DNA of 64,000 bases from Balanoglossus misakiensis (Eukaryota > Animalia > Hemichordata). Positions 1 to 11,126 of the stretch are shown here, piece after piece. The position numbers and the translations under genes are program-made. The stretch lies in the NCBI GenBank assembly GCA_040954595.2, contig JBECUI020000027.1:124001-188000 (forward strand), in the 5' to 3' direction. The notes under the pieces are model-generated. The model saw only the letters and a program-made list of their open reading frames with translations, made no database searches and was not told the DNA's origin. The first letter of the stretch is position 1, and every line of letters starts with the position of its first letter.

Positions 1-445
1 GTGTAGCTTTGGTCATTATCTGAAAAGTCAAAACGATATTGGTTGGAGCTAATGATTTCGTCATTGATAGATAGCGTGGCCTTCTGCGAGATATCAAAGA
101 TCAAAACAACATGGGTGGCTGTGGCTTCATCAGTGCGGCTAAGGGTGATGGTTTTGCTTGTTTCATCAAGTTCTACGGTGACGCCAAGAGTGTCGCTTTG
201 GGGGGCGACCGTGTTAATGAAAGATTGATCCGACTTAGGTAGGTCACAGGAGAAAAAAACCATGACTATTCCGAGAACAAGAGAGGCAAAACTGAGCTGG
301 GGCCGGATTAACTTAGATAACGATCTTCGTACGCGTGGAGGGGGTGAGTGAGTGAGTGAGTGAGTGAGTGAGTGAGTGAGTGAGTGAGTGAGTGAGTGAG
401 TGAGTTTTTACTCACTTCACAGCCGTTTTGATGGATATGTTTCAT
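1..445 (-). CDS. Array A copy A0, variable FN3 lipoprotein (5' part only, runs off window); (ACTC)15, frameshifted OFF
   Basis: RBS GAGGA, ATG at 445 (MKHIHQNGCEVSKN-SLTH...); the MVFFS-C lipobox segment starts at 263; distance 182 nt is not a multiple of 3; sequence near-identical to A1-A8. Confidence 0.85.
346..405. repeat. (GAGT)15 tetranucleotide SSR in A0 signal sequence
   Basis: Counted directly. Confidence 0.97.
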
Positions 446-727
446 TGCATTTTCCTCATCTTATATAGAATTTATTTCAGGGTAAACCAAGTACCCTTTA
501 ACCTTGATAGTTTAACACAGTTATTGCTGCTTATCTACACCCTTTCCTTGTTTGTCTATTTTTTTGCTCCTAGAGGGGGGATAGTGCGGAGCTTGGTTTA
601 TGGTTCAATCGGCCTAGGATTCCTGAACTTGCCTGTACCTTTTTAAAAAGGCAGCACCTAAGCGATGTCTTGGGGGAAGCGATTGGTTATTCTTAGGCCG
701 ATTCCGCCATCTGGAGGCTGGGGCGGG

Positions 728-963
728 GCCTTAAGGTTAGGATGGGCCTTACCCCCCGGGCCGCCAGGGGCTAAACCGAGCCACACAGCCTCGGGGACGC
801 CGCCTCACGGAGCGACACCAGCATCGCTGGACCGAAACAGGCGGGGCCTTAAAGTTTAGTGCCCACTACCCTCCGGGCCGCCAGGGGCTAAACCGAACCA
901 CACAGCCCAGGGGAGACAACATCACGAAGCGGTACCGGCATCGCTGGACCGAAACAGGCGGGG
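728..963. repeat. ~107-119 bp GC-rich intergenic tandem repeat, 2 units
   Basis: Units begin GCCTTAA.. and end ..GGACCGAA(A/G)CAGGCGGG. Confidence 0.85.
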
Positions 964-970
964 CTCTTGT

Positions 971-2594
971 CTATTCGGTTAGATAATCGCTTTCTCCAGT
1001 GTAGTTTACTGCCTTTACCCGGTATATCAATCCCTGCCATCTCTGCACGTCATGAAAGCTAAGCTCCTGAGTATACTCACCTTCAGCGTTATATGCCGAC
1101 ACAACACCAAGGCTCAGCCAAGACTCCCCTCCGTCTCTGCTGTACTCCACGACATAGCCCGAAGGCGCATCGGTATCCACCGTGATGGCGTTACTAGAAT
1201 AGGGTGTGTAGACTGTTTTTTGGTTAAGAGATGAAGCTGTCCAACTCAACTGGTAACCGTTGTTGTAATTCACTCCTAAACCGCTCGGCGACGGGGGAAC
1301 TAAGGGACTCGTATAGATACTGTATAAGAATTTAGCACTATTCCCTGCAAAAAATAAGTCTATATACAGGTAAAATCTATAGGCAAAGTTTGGTAAATCT
1401 TCACTTTGGATAACATTCCTCTCATCTTCTAAAATATTAGTGCCACTATCTTGACTCCCAAAATCTTTCCAATAGATATACTCACTGGCAGAATAGGCAT
1501 CGACCCGATTCTGACTAGCAAGAGGACGGGGAGTCGCTCCATTGACCAAGCTTTCTTTTGCATCAAAAAAGTCGACTTGATAGAGGGAGGCATCGGCATG
1601 CGGCCCCCCTGTAAATCCCTTTGTTACCCCAAAATTCCATATCATATCGGTAATGCTGGGGGCCAATGTCTCCACCGTCAATCGAGCATAGGCAGGAGCA
1701 TAACCGAGGTTATATCTGTCGAACCAGGGCTTTGTGTATTCCTTTGTTAGTCCATAGGATTGTGCATCTCCAGCTAAGGAAATGTTTAGTCTTGCGGCAT
1801 AGGTGGAAACCTTAAGGGATGCAGAAGTTTGCGTTTCTCCTTGGGCGTTTTTGGAAACTATCCTGTAGTGATATTGCGTTCCCGACTGTAGTGAATCATC
1901 TTCATACGTTTCTGCAGAAAGATTCTCAGCCAGGGTTTCCCACGTTGTAGCGTCTGCAGAGCGTTCAACGGCGTAACTTGAGGTACTTGCGTCTATGCTC
2001 CGCCAGGCTATTTTTATCTGATCAGCGCTTACGAACATGGGCTGGAGACCGACCACGGGTAAGAACTGCGCTGGGGTAAAAACTTTGATACTCTTTAACG
2101 TGTAGGTGCTTTCCTCTCCATTCTCAGCAGTGATGATAATCGTGTAGCTTTGGTCATTATCTGAAAAGTCAAAACGATATTGGTTGGAGCTAATGATTTC
2201 GTCATTGATAGATAGCGTGGCCTTCTGCGAGATATCAAAGATCAAAACAACATGGGCGGCTGTGGCTTCATCAGTGCGGCTAAGGGTGATGGTTTTGCTT
2301 GTTTCATCAAGTTCTACGGTGACGCCAAGGGTGTCGCTTTGGGGTGCGACCGTGTTAATGAAAGATTGATCCGACTTAGGTAGGTCACAGGAGAAAAAAA
2401 CCATGACTATTCCGAGAACAAGAGAGGCAAAACTGAGCTGGGGCCGGATTAACTTAGATAACGATCTTCGTACGCGTGGAGGGGGTGAGTGAGTGAGTGA
2501 GTGAGTGAGTGAGTGAGTGAGTGAGTGAGTGAGTGAGTGAGTGAGTGAGTGAGTTTTTACTCACTTCACAGCCGTTTTGATGGATATGTTTCAT
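971..2594 (-). CDS. Array A copy A1, variable FN3 lipoprotein; (ACTC)17, OFF
   Basis: Body ORF 971-2404 has a cadherin/DUF5018-like Ig motif (ITAENGEESTYTL) and FN3 motifs (W..., YEDDSL.SGTQYHYRI; SWTAS...YRVKAVN..GES); true ATG 2594, offset 190 nt. Confidence 0.9.
2487..2554. repeat. (GAGT)17 SSR
   Basis: Counted directly. Confidence 0.97.
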
Positions 2595-2876
2595 TGCATT
2601 TTCCTCATCTTATATAGAATTTATTTCAGGGTAAACCAAGTACCCTTTAACCTTGATAGTTTAACACAGTTATTGCTGCTTATCTACACCCTTTCCTTGT
2701 TTGTCTATTTTTTTGCTCCTAGAGGGGGGATAGTGCGGAGCTTGGTTTATGGTTCAATCGGCCTAGGATTCCTGAACTTGCCTGTACCTTTTTAAAAAGG
2801 CAGCACCTAAGCGATGTCTTGGGGGAAGCGATTGGTTATTCTTAGGCCGATTCCGCCATCTGGAGGCTGGGGCGGG

Positions 2877-3112
2877 GCCTTAAGGTTAGGATGGGCCTTA
2901 CCCCCCGGGCCGCCAGGGGCTAAACCGAGCCACACAGCCTCGGGGACGCCGCCTCACGGAGCGACACCAGCATCGCTGGACCGAAACAGGCGGGGCCTTA
3001 AAGTTTAGTGCCCACTACCCTCCGGGCCGCCAGGGGCTAAACCGAACCACACAGCCCAGGGGAGACAACATCACGAAGCGGTACCGGCATCGCTGGACCG
3101 AAACAGGCGGGG
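2877..3112. repeat. ~110 bp intergenic repeat, 2 units
   Basis: Appears identical to block 728-963. Confidence 0.85.
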
Positions 3113-3119
3113 CTCTTGT

Positions 3120-4725
3120 CTATTCGGTTAGATAATCGCTTTCTCCAGTGTAGTTTACTGCCTTTACCCGGTATATCAATCCCTGCCATCTCTGCACGTC
3201 ATGAAAGCTAAGCTCCTGAGTATACTCACCTTCAGCGTTATATGCCGACACAACACCAAGGCTCAGCCAGGACTCCCCTCCGTCTCTGCTGTACTCCACG
3301 ACATAGCCTGAAGGGGCGTCGGTATTCACCGTGATGGCGTTACTAGAATAGGGTGTGTAGACTGTTCTTTGGTTAAGAGATGAAGCTGTCCAACTCAACT
3401 GGTAACCGTTGTTGTAATTCACTCCTAAACCGCTCGGCGACGGGGGAACTAAGGGACTCGTATAGATACTGTATAAGAAGTTAGCACTCCGCCCTGCAAA
3501 AAATAAGTTTGCAAATAGGTTAAATCTATAAGCAAAATTGGGTAAATCTTCACTGTGGACGACATTACTATCATCTTCTAAAATTTTAGTGCCACTATCT
3601 TGACTCCCCAAATCTTTCCAATAGATATACTCACTGGCAGAATAGGCATCGACCCGTTGCTGACTAGCAAGAGTACGGGGAGTCGCTCCATTGTCCAAGC
3701 TTTCTTTTGCATCAAAAAATCGGAAATTATAGATGACGGCATCGGCATTCGGCCCCCCTGTAAATCCCTTTGTTACCCCAAAATTCCATATCATATCGGT
3801 AATGCTAGGGGCCAATGTCTCCACCGTCAATCGAGCATAGGCAGGAGCATAATTGAGGCCGAGCCAGGGCTTTGTGTATTCCTTTGTTAGTCCATAGTAG
3901 TCTCCTGTAGTTCCAGCTAAGGAAAGGTTTAGTCTTGCGGCATAGGTGGAAACCTTAAGGGATGCAGAAGTTTGCGTTTCTCCTTGGGCGTTTGTGGAAA
4001 CTATCCTGTAGTGATATTGCGTTCCCGCCTGTAGTGAATCATCTTCATACGTTTCTGCAGAAAGATTCTCAGCCAGGGTTTCCCACGTTGTGCCATCTGC
4101 AGAGCGTTCCACGGCGTAACTTGAGGTGCTTGCGTCTATGCTCCGCCAGGCTATTTTTATCTGATCAGCGCTTACGAACATGGGCTGCAGGCCGATCACG
4201 GGTAAGAACTGCGCTGGGGTAAAAACTTTGATACTCTTTAACGTGTAGGTGCTTTCTTCTCCATTCTCAGCAGTGATGATAATCGTGTAGCTTTGGTCAT
4301 TATCTGAAAAGTCAAAACGATATTGGTTGGAGCTAATGATTTCGTCATTGATAGATAGCGTGGCCTTCTGCGAGATATCAAAGATCAAAACAACATGGGT
4401 GGCTGTGGCTTCATCAGTGCGGCTAAGGGTGATAGTTTTGCTTGTTTCATCAAGTTCTACTCTGACGCCAAGGGTGTCGCTTTGGGGGGCGACCGTGTTA
4501 ATGAAAGATTGATCCGACTTAGGTAGGTCACAGGAGAAAAAAACCATGACTATTCCGAGAACAAGAGAGGCAAAACTGAGCTTATGCTGGATTAACTTAG
4601 ATAACGATCTTCGTGCGCGTGGATGGGGTGAGTGAGTGAGTGAGTGAGTGAGTGAGTGAGTGAGTGAGTGAGTGAGTGAGTGAGTTTTTACTCACTTCAC
4701 AGCCGTTTTGATGGATATGTTTCAT
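3120..4725 (-). CDS. Array A copy A2, variable FN3 lipoprotein; (ACTC)14, OFF
   Basis: Body ORF 3120-4547; true ATG 4725, offset 178 nt. Confidence 0.9.
4630..4685. repeat. (GAGT)14 SSR
   Basis: Counted directly. Confidence 0.97.
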
Positions 4726-4861
4726 TGCATTTTCCTCATCTTATATAGAATTTATTTCAGGGTAAACCAAGTACCCTTTAACCTTGATAGTTTAACACAG
4801 TTATTGCTGCTTATCTACACCCTTTCCTTGTTTGTCTATTTTTTTGCTCCTAGAGGGGGGA

Positions 4862-6227
4862 GGTAGTGTCAAGAATTTTGCGCACTTTCACATCTCCAAT
4901 GTTGAAAGAGCCTAACTTACATCTTGCCTTATCGCTTCAAGTAAGTCCATATTCAAATACTTTTCTGTACTCCATTTTGTTCCCATGATGTACCTGAGCC
5001 TGGCAGCTGATAGCATAAGGGCCGAATCCCCATCGGGGAAATGTTCTGCTAGTATGGTTCTTCGAACCAGGGTTCTGCGTTTGATTTCTTTCATGATTCT
5101 TTCAAGAGGATTATTAGTCCTGATCCGAATCCAATGTTCCTGAGGGAAATACATATGCTCAAGAGTTTCGTGGATATAGTTTTTCACCATGTTAGCAGCC
5201 TTGGGAAGTTTCATATTGCGGAGTTTCGCTTCAATCAGTTGAGCCTTCTCAAGAGCAGCATCACGATCTTCTTGCGCATGAATTGCCTTCAACATTGCTG
5301 CAACTTCACGGACCTTCTCACGGGGAACTACTGAGAATACATTCCGGTAATAGTGAACAACGCATCGTTGCCATCGTGCTTTAGGGAAAAACTCTTCGAT
5401 GGATTCGATCAATCCGATGCATTTGTCGCTTATGAAGAGCTGAGTATCCTTAAGCCCTCGGTTTTTCAAGTGTGCAAGGAAGTTGCTCCATCCAGCTTTA
5501 TCTTCCTTTTCACCTTCAACAACACCTAAAACACTACGATATCCGCTTTCTGAGACGCCTATCGCTACCAGAATGCTCACATTTCGCACTTCTCCAGCCC
5601 ATGAGCGCTTAAGGATTGTCCCATCCAGATACACATAAGGAAAGTTCTCCTTGATGGGTTGATTCCGCCAAGTATTGATTCTCACGTAGAGATCCTGGTT
5701 CAAATTGCTCATTGTCCCAGGGCTGACCTTGGTTCCCCAAAGGGCCTCGGTAATATCTTTAACTCGGCGCACTGAAACACCAGCTAAATACATTTCAACT
5801 AAGGCTTCTTCAACGGATGTTTCCCGGCGTTTATAACGCTCAATAATTGCTGTTTCGAATGGAAGCTTTCTTAGCTTTGGAATTTTCAAGTTAACTCTTC
5901 CAGCAGCGATATCCAACTTCCTGGTGTAATGTCCAGCACGAGTATCTTTTCGTGCATCCGTACGCTCGTATTTTTCAGCCTGAAGTAAAAAATCTACCTC
6001 TGCATTGAGCATGGCATTCAAGGTTCCCTCTACGGTTGTTTTAACCATTTGGCTTAACTTGCTCTGTACAAGACCTTCATCGATCTGTATGATCTTTCCC
6101 GTGGGGTCTTTTTCTGACCTCATTTTGTCCTCCGTGTGAATGGTTTTACATTCGATTCCATTTCAACATTGGAGGACATTTTTTTTCAATGCCTTTTTAG
6201 AATGTGCGCAAAATTCTTGACACTACC
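4862..6227 (-). mobile_element. IS256-family insertion sequence
   Basis: 24-bp perfect terminal inverted repeats GGTAGTGTCAAGAATTTTGCGCAC at 4862 and 6227; single Mutator-type transposase; no target duplication visible. Confidence 0.95.
4912..6123 (-). CDS. IS256-family (Mutator) DDE transposase
   Basis: Motifs R.G.Y.R.L...G...L.IPKLR, EMYLAGVSVRRV, YLDG, ISD, WQRC.VH..RN, IRTNNPLER..KEIKRRT; RBS GGAGG. Confidence 0.96.
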   Translation of the reverse strand: MRSEKDPTGKIIQIDEGLVQSKLSQMVKTTVEGTLNAMLNAEVDFLLQAEKYERTDARKDTRAGHYTRKLDIAAGRVNLKIPKLRKLPFETAIIERYKRRETSVEEALVEMYLAGVSVRRVKDITEALWGTKVSPGTMSNLNQDLYVRINTWRNQPIKENFPYVYLDGTILKRSWAGEVRNVSILVAIGVSESGYRSVLGVVEGEKEDKAGWSNFLAHLKNRGLKDTQLFISDKCIGLIESIEEFFPKARWQRCVVHYYRNVFSVVPREKVREVAAMLKAIHAQEDRDAALEKAQLIEAKLRNMKLPKAANMVKNYIHETLEHMYFPQEHWIRIRTNNPLERIMKEIKRRTLVRRTILAEHFPDGDSALMLSAARLRYIMGTKWSTEKYLNMDLLEAIRQDVS

Positions 6228-6313
6228 TTTTAAAAAGGCAACACCTAAGCGATGCCTGGGGGAAGCAATTGGTTATTCTTAGGCCGATTCCGCCATCTGG
6301 AGGCTGGGGCGGG

Positions 6314-6901
6314 GCCTTAAGGGTTGGCGGGCCCTACCTCCCGGGCCGCCAGGGGGGCTAAACCGAAGACCACAGCCTCGGGGACGCCGCCTCACGGAGC
6401 GACACCAGCATCGCTGGACCGAAACAGGCGGGGCCTTAAAGTTTAGTGCCCACTACCCTCCGGGCCGCCAGGGGCTAAACCGAAGACCACAGCCTCGGGG
6501 ACGCCGACTCCAGAAGCGGCACCGGCATCGCTGGACCGAAACAGGCGGGGCCTTAAAGTTTAGTGCCCACTACCCCCCGGGCCGCCGGGGCTAAACCGAG
6601 CCACACAGACTCGGGGACGACGCCTCACGAAGCGGCACCGGCATCGCTGGACCGAAACAGGCGGGGCCTTAAAGTTTAGTGCCCACTACCTCCCGGGCCC
6701 GCTAGGGGCTAAACCGAGCCACACAGACTCGGGGACGACGACTCCAGAAGCGGCACCAGCATCGCTGGACCGAAGCAGGCAGGGCCTTAAAGTTTAGTGC
6801 CCACTACCCTCCGGGCCGCCAGGGGCTAAACCGAGCCACACAGACTCGGGGACGACGCCTCACGAAGCGGCACTGGCATCGCTGGACCGAAGCAGGCGGG
6901 G
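6314..6901. repeat. ~110 bp intergenic repeat, 5 units
   Basis: Unit starts ~6314, 6433, 6550, 6666, 6784. Confidence 0.85.
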
Positions 6902-6908
6902 CTCTTGT

Positions 6909-8506
6909 CTATTCAGTTAGATAATCGCTTTCTCCCGTGTAGTTTACCGCCTTTACCCGGTATGTTAATCCCTGCCATTTCTGCACGTCATGAAAGCTAA
7001 GATCCTGAGTATACTCACCTTCAGCGTTATATGCCGACACAACACCAAGGCTCAGCCAGGACTCCCCTCCGTCTCTGCTGTACTCCACGACATAGCCCGA
7101 AGGCGCATCGGTATCCACCGTGATGGCGTTAGTAGAATAGGGTGTGTAGACTGTTCTTTGGTTAAGAGATGAAGCTGTCCAACTCAACTGGTAACCGTTG
7201 TTGTAATTCACACCTAAACCGCTCGGCGACGGGGGAACTAAGGGACTCGTATAGATACTGTAGAAGAAGTTAGCATTAACCCCTGCAAAAAATAAGTTTA
7301 CATACAGGTTAAATCTATAGGCAAAATTTGGTAAATCTTCACTTTGGATGACATTACTATCATCTTCTAAAATATTAGTGCCACTCTGTTGATTCCCAAA
7401 ATCTTTCCAATAGATATACTCACTGGCAGAATAGGCATCGACCCGTTGCTGAGTAGCAAGAGTACGGGAAGTCGCTCCATTGACCAAGCTTTCTTTTGCA
7501 TCAAAAAAGCTGAGTAGATAAGCGACGGCATCGGCATTCGGCCTCCCTGTAAATCCCTTTGTTACCCCAAAATTCCATATCATATCGGTAATGCTGGGGG
7601 CCAATGTCTCCACCGTCAATCGAGCATAGGCAGGAGCATAACCGAGGTTCAGTCTGCCGAGCCAGGGCTCTGTGTATTCCTTTGTTAGTCCATAGGTCCC
7701 TCCGGTCCCTCCGGTCCCTCCGTTCCCTCCGCCTCCTAGAGAGTAGGTGGAAACCTTAAGGGATGCAGAAGTTTGCGTTTCTCCTTGGGCGTTTTTGGAA
7801 ACTATCCTGTAGTGATATTGCGTTCCCGCCTGTAGTGAATCATCTTCATACGTTTCTGCAGAAAGATTCTCAGCCAGGGTTTCCCACATTGTAGCGTCTA
7901 CAGAGCGTTCAACGGCGTAACTTGAGGTGCTTGCGTCTATGCTCCGCCAGGCTATTTTTATCTGGTCGGCGGTTACGAACATGGGCTGGAGACCGACCAC
8001 GGGTAAGAACTGCGCTGGGGTAAAAACTTTGATACTCTTTAACGTGTAGGTGCTTTCCTCTCCGTTCTCAGCAGTGATGATAATCGTGTAGCTTTGGTCA
8101 TTATCTGAAAAGTCAAAACGATATTGGTTGGAGCTAATGATTTCGTCATTGATAGATAGCGTGGCCTTCTGCGAGATATCAAAGATCAAAACAACATGGG
8201 CGGCTGTGGCTTCATCAGTGCGGCTAAGGGTGATGGTTTTGCTTGTTTCATCAAGTTCTACGGTGACGCCGAGGGTGTCGCTTTGGGGGGCGACCGTGTT
8301 AATGAAAGATTGATCCGACTTAGGTAGGTCACAGGAGAAAAAAACCATGACTATTCCGAGAACAAGAGAGGCAAAACTGAGCTTATGCTGGATTAACTTA
8401 GATAACGATCTTCGTGCGCGTGGAGTGAGTGAGTGAGTGAGTGAGTGAGTGAGTGAGTGAGTGAGTTTTTACTCACTTCACAGCCGTTTTGATGGATATG
8501 TTTCAT
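6909..8506 (-). CDS. Array A copy A3, variable FN3 lipoprotein; (ACTC)11, OFF
   Basis: Body ORF 6909-8348; true ATG 8506, offset 158 nt; lacks the 8-nt GA(T/G)GGGGT junction next to the tract. Confidence 0.9.
8423..8466. repeat. (GAGT)11 SSR
   Basis: Counted directly. Confidence 0.97.
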
Positions 8507-8789
8507 TGCATTTTCCTCATCTTATATAGAATTTATTTCAGGGTAAGCCAAGTACCCTTTAACCTTGATAGTTTAACACAGTTATTGCTGCTTATCTACA
8601 CCCTTTCCTTGTTTGTCTATTTTTTTGCTCCTAGGGGGGGGGATAGTGCGGAGCTTGGTTTATGGTTCAATCGGCCTAGGCTTCCTGAACTTGTCTGTAC
8701 CTTTTTAAAAAGGCAGCACCTAAGCGATGTCTTGGGGGAAGCGATTGGTTGTTCTTAGGCCGATTCCGCCATCTGGAGGCTGGGGCGGG

Positions 8790-9248
8790 GCCTTAAAGTT
8801 TAGTGCCCACTACCTCCCGGGCCCGCCGGGGCTAAACCGAAGACCACAGCCTCGGGGACGACGCCTCACGAAGCGGCACCAGCATCGCTGGACCGAAGCA
8901 GGCGGGGCCTTAAAGTTTAGTGCCCCGGGCTGCCGGGGCTAAACCGAGCCACACAGCCTCGGGGAGGCCGCCTCACGGAGCGGCACCGGCATCGCTGGAC
9001 CGAAGCAGGCGGGGCCTTAAAGTTTAGTGCCACCTACCTCCCGGGCCCGCTGGGGCTAAACCGAGCCACACAGCCTCGGGGAGGCCGCCTCACGAAGCGG
9101 CACCGGCATCGCTGGACCGAAGCAGGCAGGGCCTTAAAGTTTAGTGCCCACTACCCTCCGGGCCGCCAGGGGCTAAACCGAACCACACAGCCTCGGGGAG
9201 GCCGCCTCCAGAAGCGGCACCAGCATCGCTGGACCGAAGCAGGCGGGG
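8790..9248. repeat. ~110 bp intergenic repeat, 4 units
   Basis: Unit starts ~8790, 8907, 9014, 9131. Confidence 0.85.
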
Positions 9249-9255
9249 CTCTTTT

Positions 9256-10834
9256 CTATTCGGTTAAATAATCGCTTTCTCCCGTGTAGTTTACCGCCTT
9301 TACCCGGTATGTTAATCCCTGCCATTTCTGCACGTCATGAAAGCTAAGCTCCTGAGTATACTCACCTTCAGCGTTATATGCCGATACAACACCAAGGCTC
9401 AGCCAGGACTCCCCTCCATCTCTGCTGTACTCCACGACATAGCTCGAAGGCGCATCGGTATCCACCGTGATGGCGTTAGTAGAATGGGGTGTGTAGACTG
9501 TTCTTTGGTTAAGAGATGAAGCTGTCCAACTCAACTGGTAACCGTTGTTGTAATTCACTCCTAAACCGCTCGGCGACGGGGGAGCTAAGGGACTCGTATA
9601 GATACTGTATAAGAAGTTAGCAGACCTCCCTGCAAAAAAGAAGTTTACAAATAGGTTAAATCTATAAGCAAAATTGGGTAAATCTTCACTGTGGACGACA
9701 TTACTATCATCTTCTAAAATTTTAGTGCCACTATCTTGACTCCCCAAATCTTTCCAATAGATATACTCACTGGCAGAATAGGCATCGACCCGTTGCTGAC
9801 TAGCAAGAGTACGGGGAGTCGCTCCATTGTCCAAGCTTTCTTTTGCATCAAAAAATTGGAAATTATAGATGAAGGCATCGGCATGCGGCCCCCCTGTAAA
9901 TCCCTTTGTTACCCCAAAATCCCATATCATATCGGTAATGCTGGGGGCCAATGTCTCCACCGTCAATCGAGCATAGGCAGGAGCATAACCGAGGTTCAGT
10001 CTGCCGAGCCAGGGCTCTGTGTATTCCTTTGTTAGTCCATAGTTCCCTCCGCCTCCTAGAGAGTAGGTGGAAACCTTAAGGGATGCAGAAGTTTGCGTTT
10101 CTCCTTGGGCGTTTGTGGAAACTATCCTGTAGTGATATTGCGTTCCCGCCTGTAGTGAATCATCTTCATACGTTTCTGCAGAAAGATTCTCAGCCAGGGT
10201 TTCCCACCTTGTAGCGTCTGCAGAGCGTTCAACGGCGTAACTTGAGGTACTTGCGTCTATGCTCCGCCAGGCTATTTTTATCTGATCAGCGCTTACGAAC
10301 ATGGGCTGGAGACCGACCACGGGTAAGAACTGCGCTGGGGTAAAAACTTTGATACTCTTTAACGTGTAGGTGCTTTCCTCTCCGTTCTCAGCAGTGATGA
10401 TAATCGTGTAGCTTTGGTCATTATCTGAAAAGTCAAAACGATATTGGTTGGAGCTAATGATTTCGTCATTGATAGATAGTGTGGCCTTCTGCGAGATATC
10501 AAAGATCAAAACAACATGGGTGGCTGTGGCTTCATCAGTGCGGCTAAGGGTGATGGTTTTGCTTGTTTCATCAAGTTCTACGGTGACGCCAAGGGTGTCG
10601 CTTTGGGGGGCGACCGTGTTAATGAAAGATTGATCCGACTTAGGTAGGTCACAGGAGAAAAAAACCATGACTATTCCGAGAACAAGAGAGGCAAAACTGA
10701 GCTTATGCCGGATTAACTTAGATAACGATCTTCGTGCGCGTGGATGGGGTGAGTGAGTGAGTGAGTGAGTGAGTGAGTGAGTGAGTGAGTGAGTTTTTAC
10801 TCACTTCACAGCCGTTTTGATGGATATGTTTCAT
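9256..10834 (-). CDS. Array A copy A4, variable FN3 lipoprotein; (ACTC)11, OFF
   Basis: Body ORF 9256-10668; true ATG 10834, offset 166 nt. Confidence 0.9.
10751..10794. repeat. (GAGT)11 SSR
   Basis: Counted directly. Confidence 0.97.
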
Positions 10835-11126
10835 TGCATTTTCCTCATCTTATATAGAATTTATTTCAGGGTAAGCCAAGTACCCTTTAACCTTGATAGT
10901 TTAACACAGTTATTGCTGCTTATCTACACCCTTTCCTTGTTTGTCTATTTTTTTGCTCCTAGGGGGGGGGATAGTGCGGAGCTTGGTTTATGGTTCAATC
11001 GGCCTAGGATTCCTGAACTTGCCTGTACCTTTTTAAAAAGGCAGCACCTAAGCGATGTCTTGGGGGAAGCGATTGGTTCCAGGCTTCCTTTCTTAAGCCG
11101 CTCCCGTCGTCTGGGGCTGACTCGGA

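Noticed and set aside
428-646. Recurrent 72-aa hydrophobic plus-strand ORF (MMDMFHCIF...)
   Set aside because: It is antisense to the lipoprotein start and promoter, its 3' end changes with G-run length, and it has no RBS; conservation is explained by unit duplication
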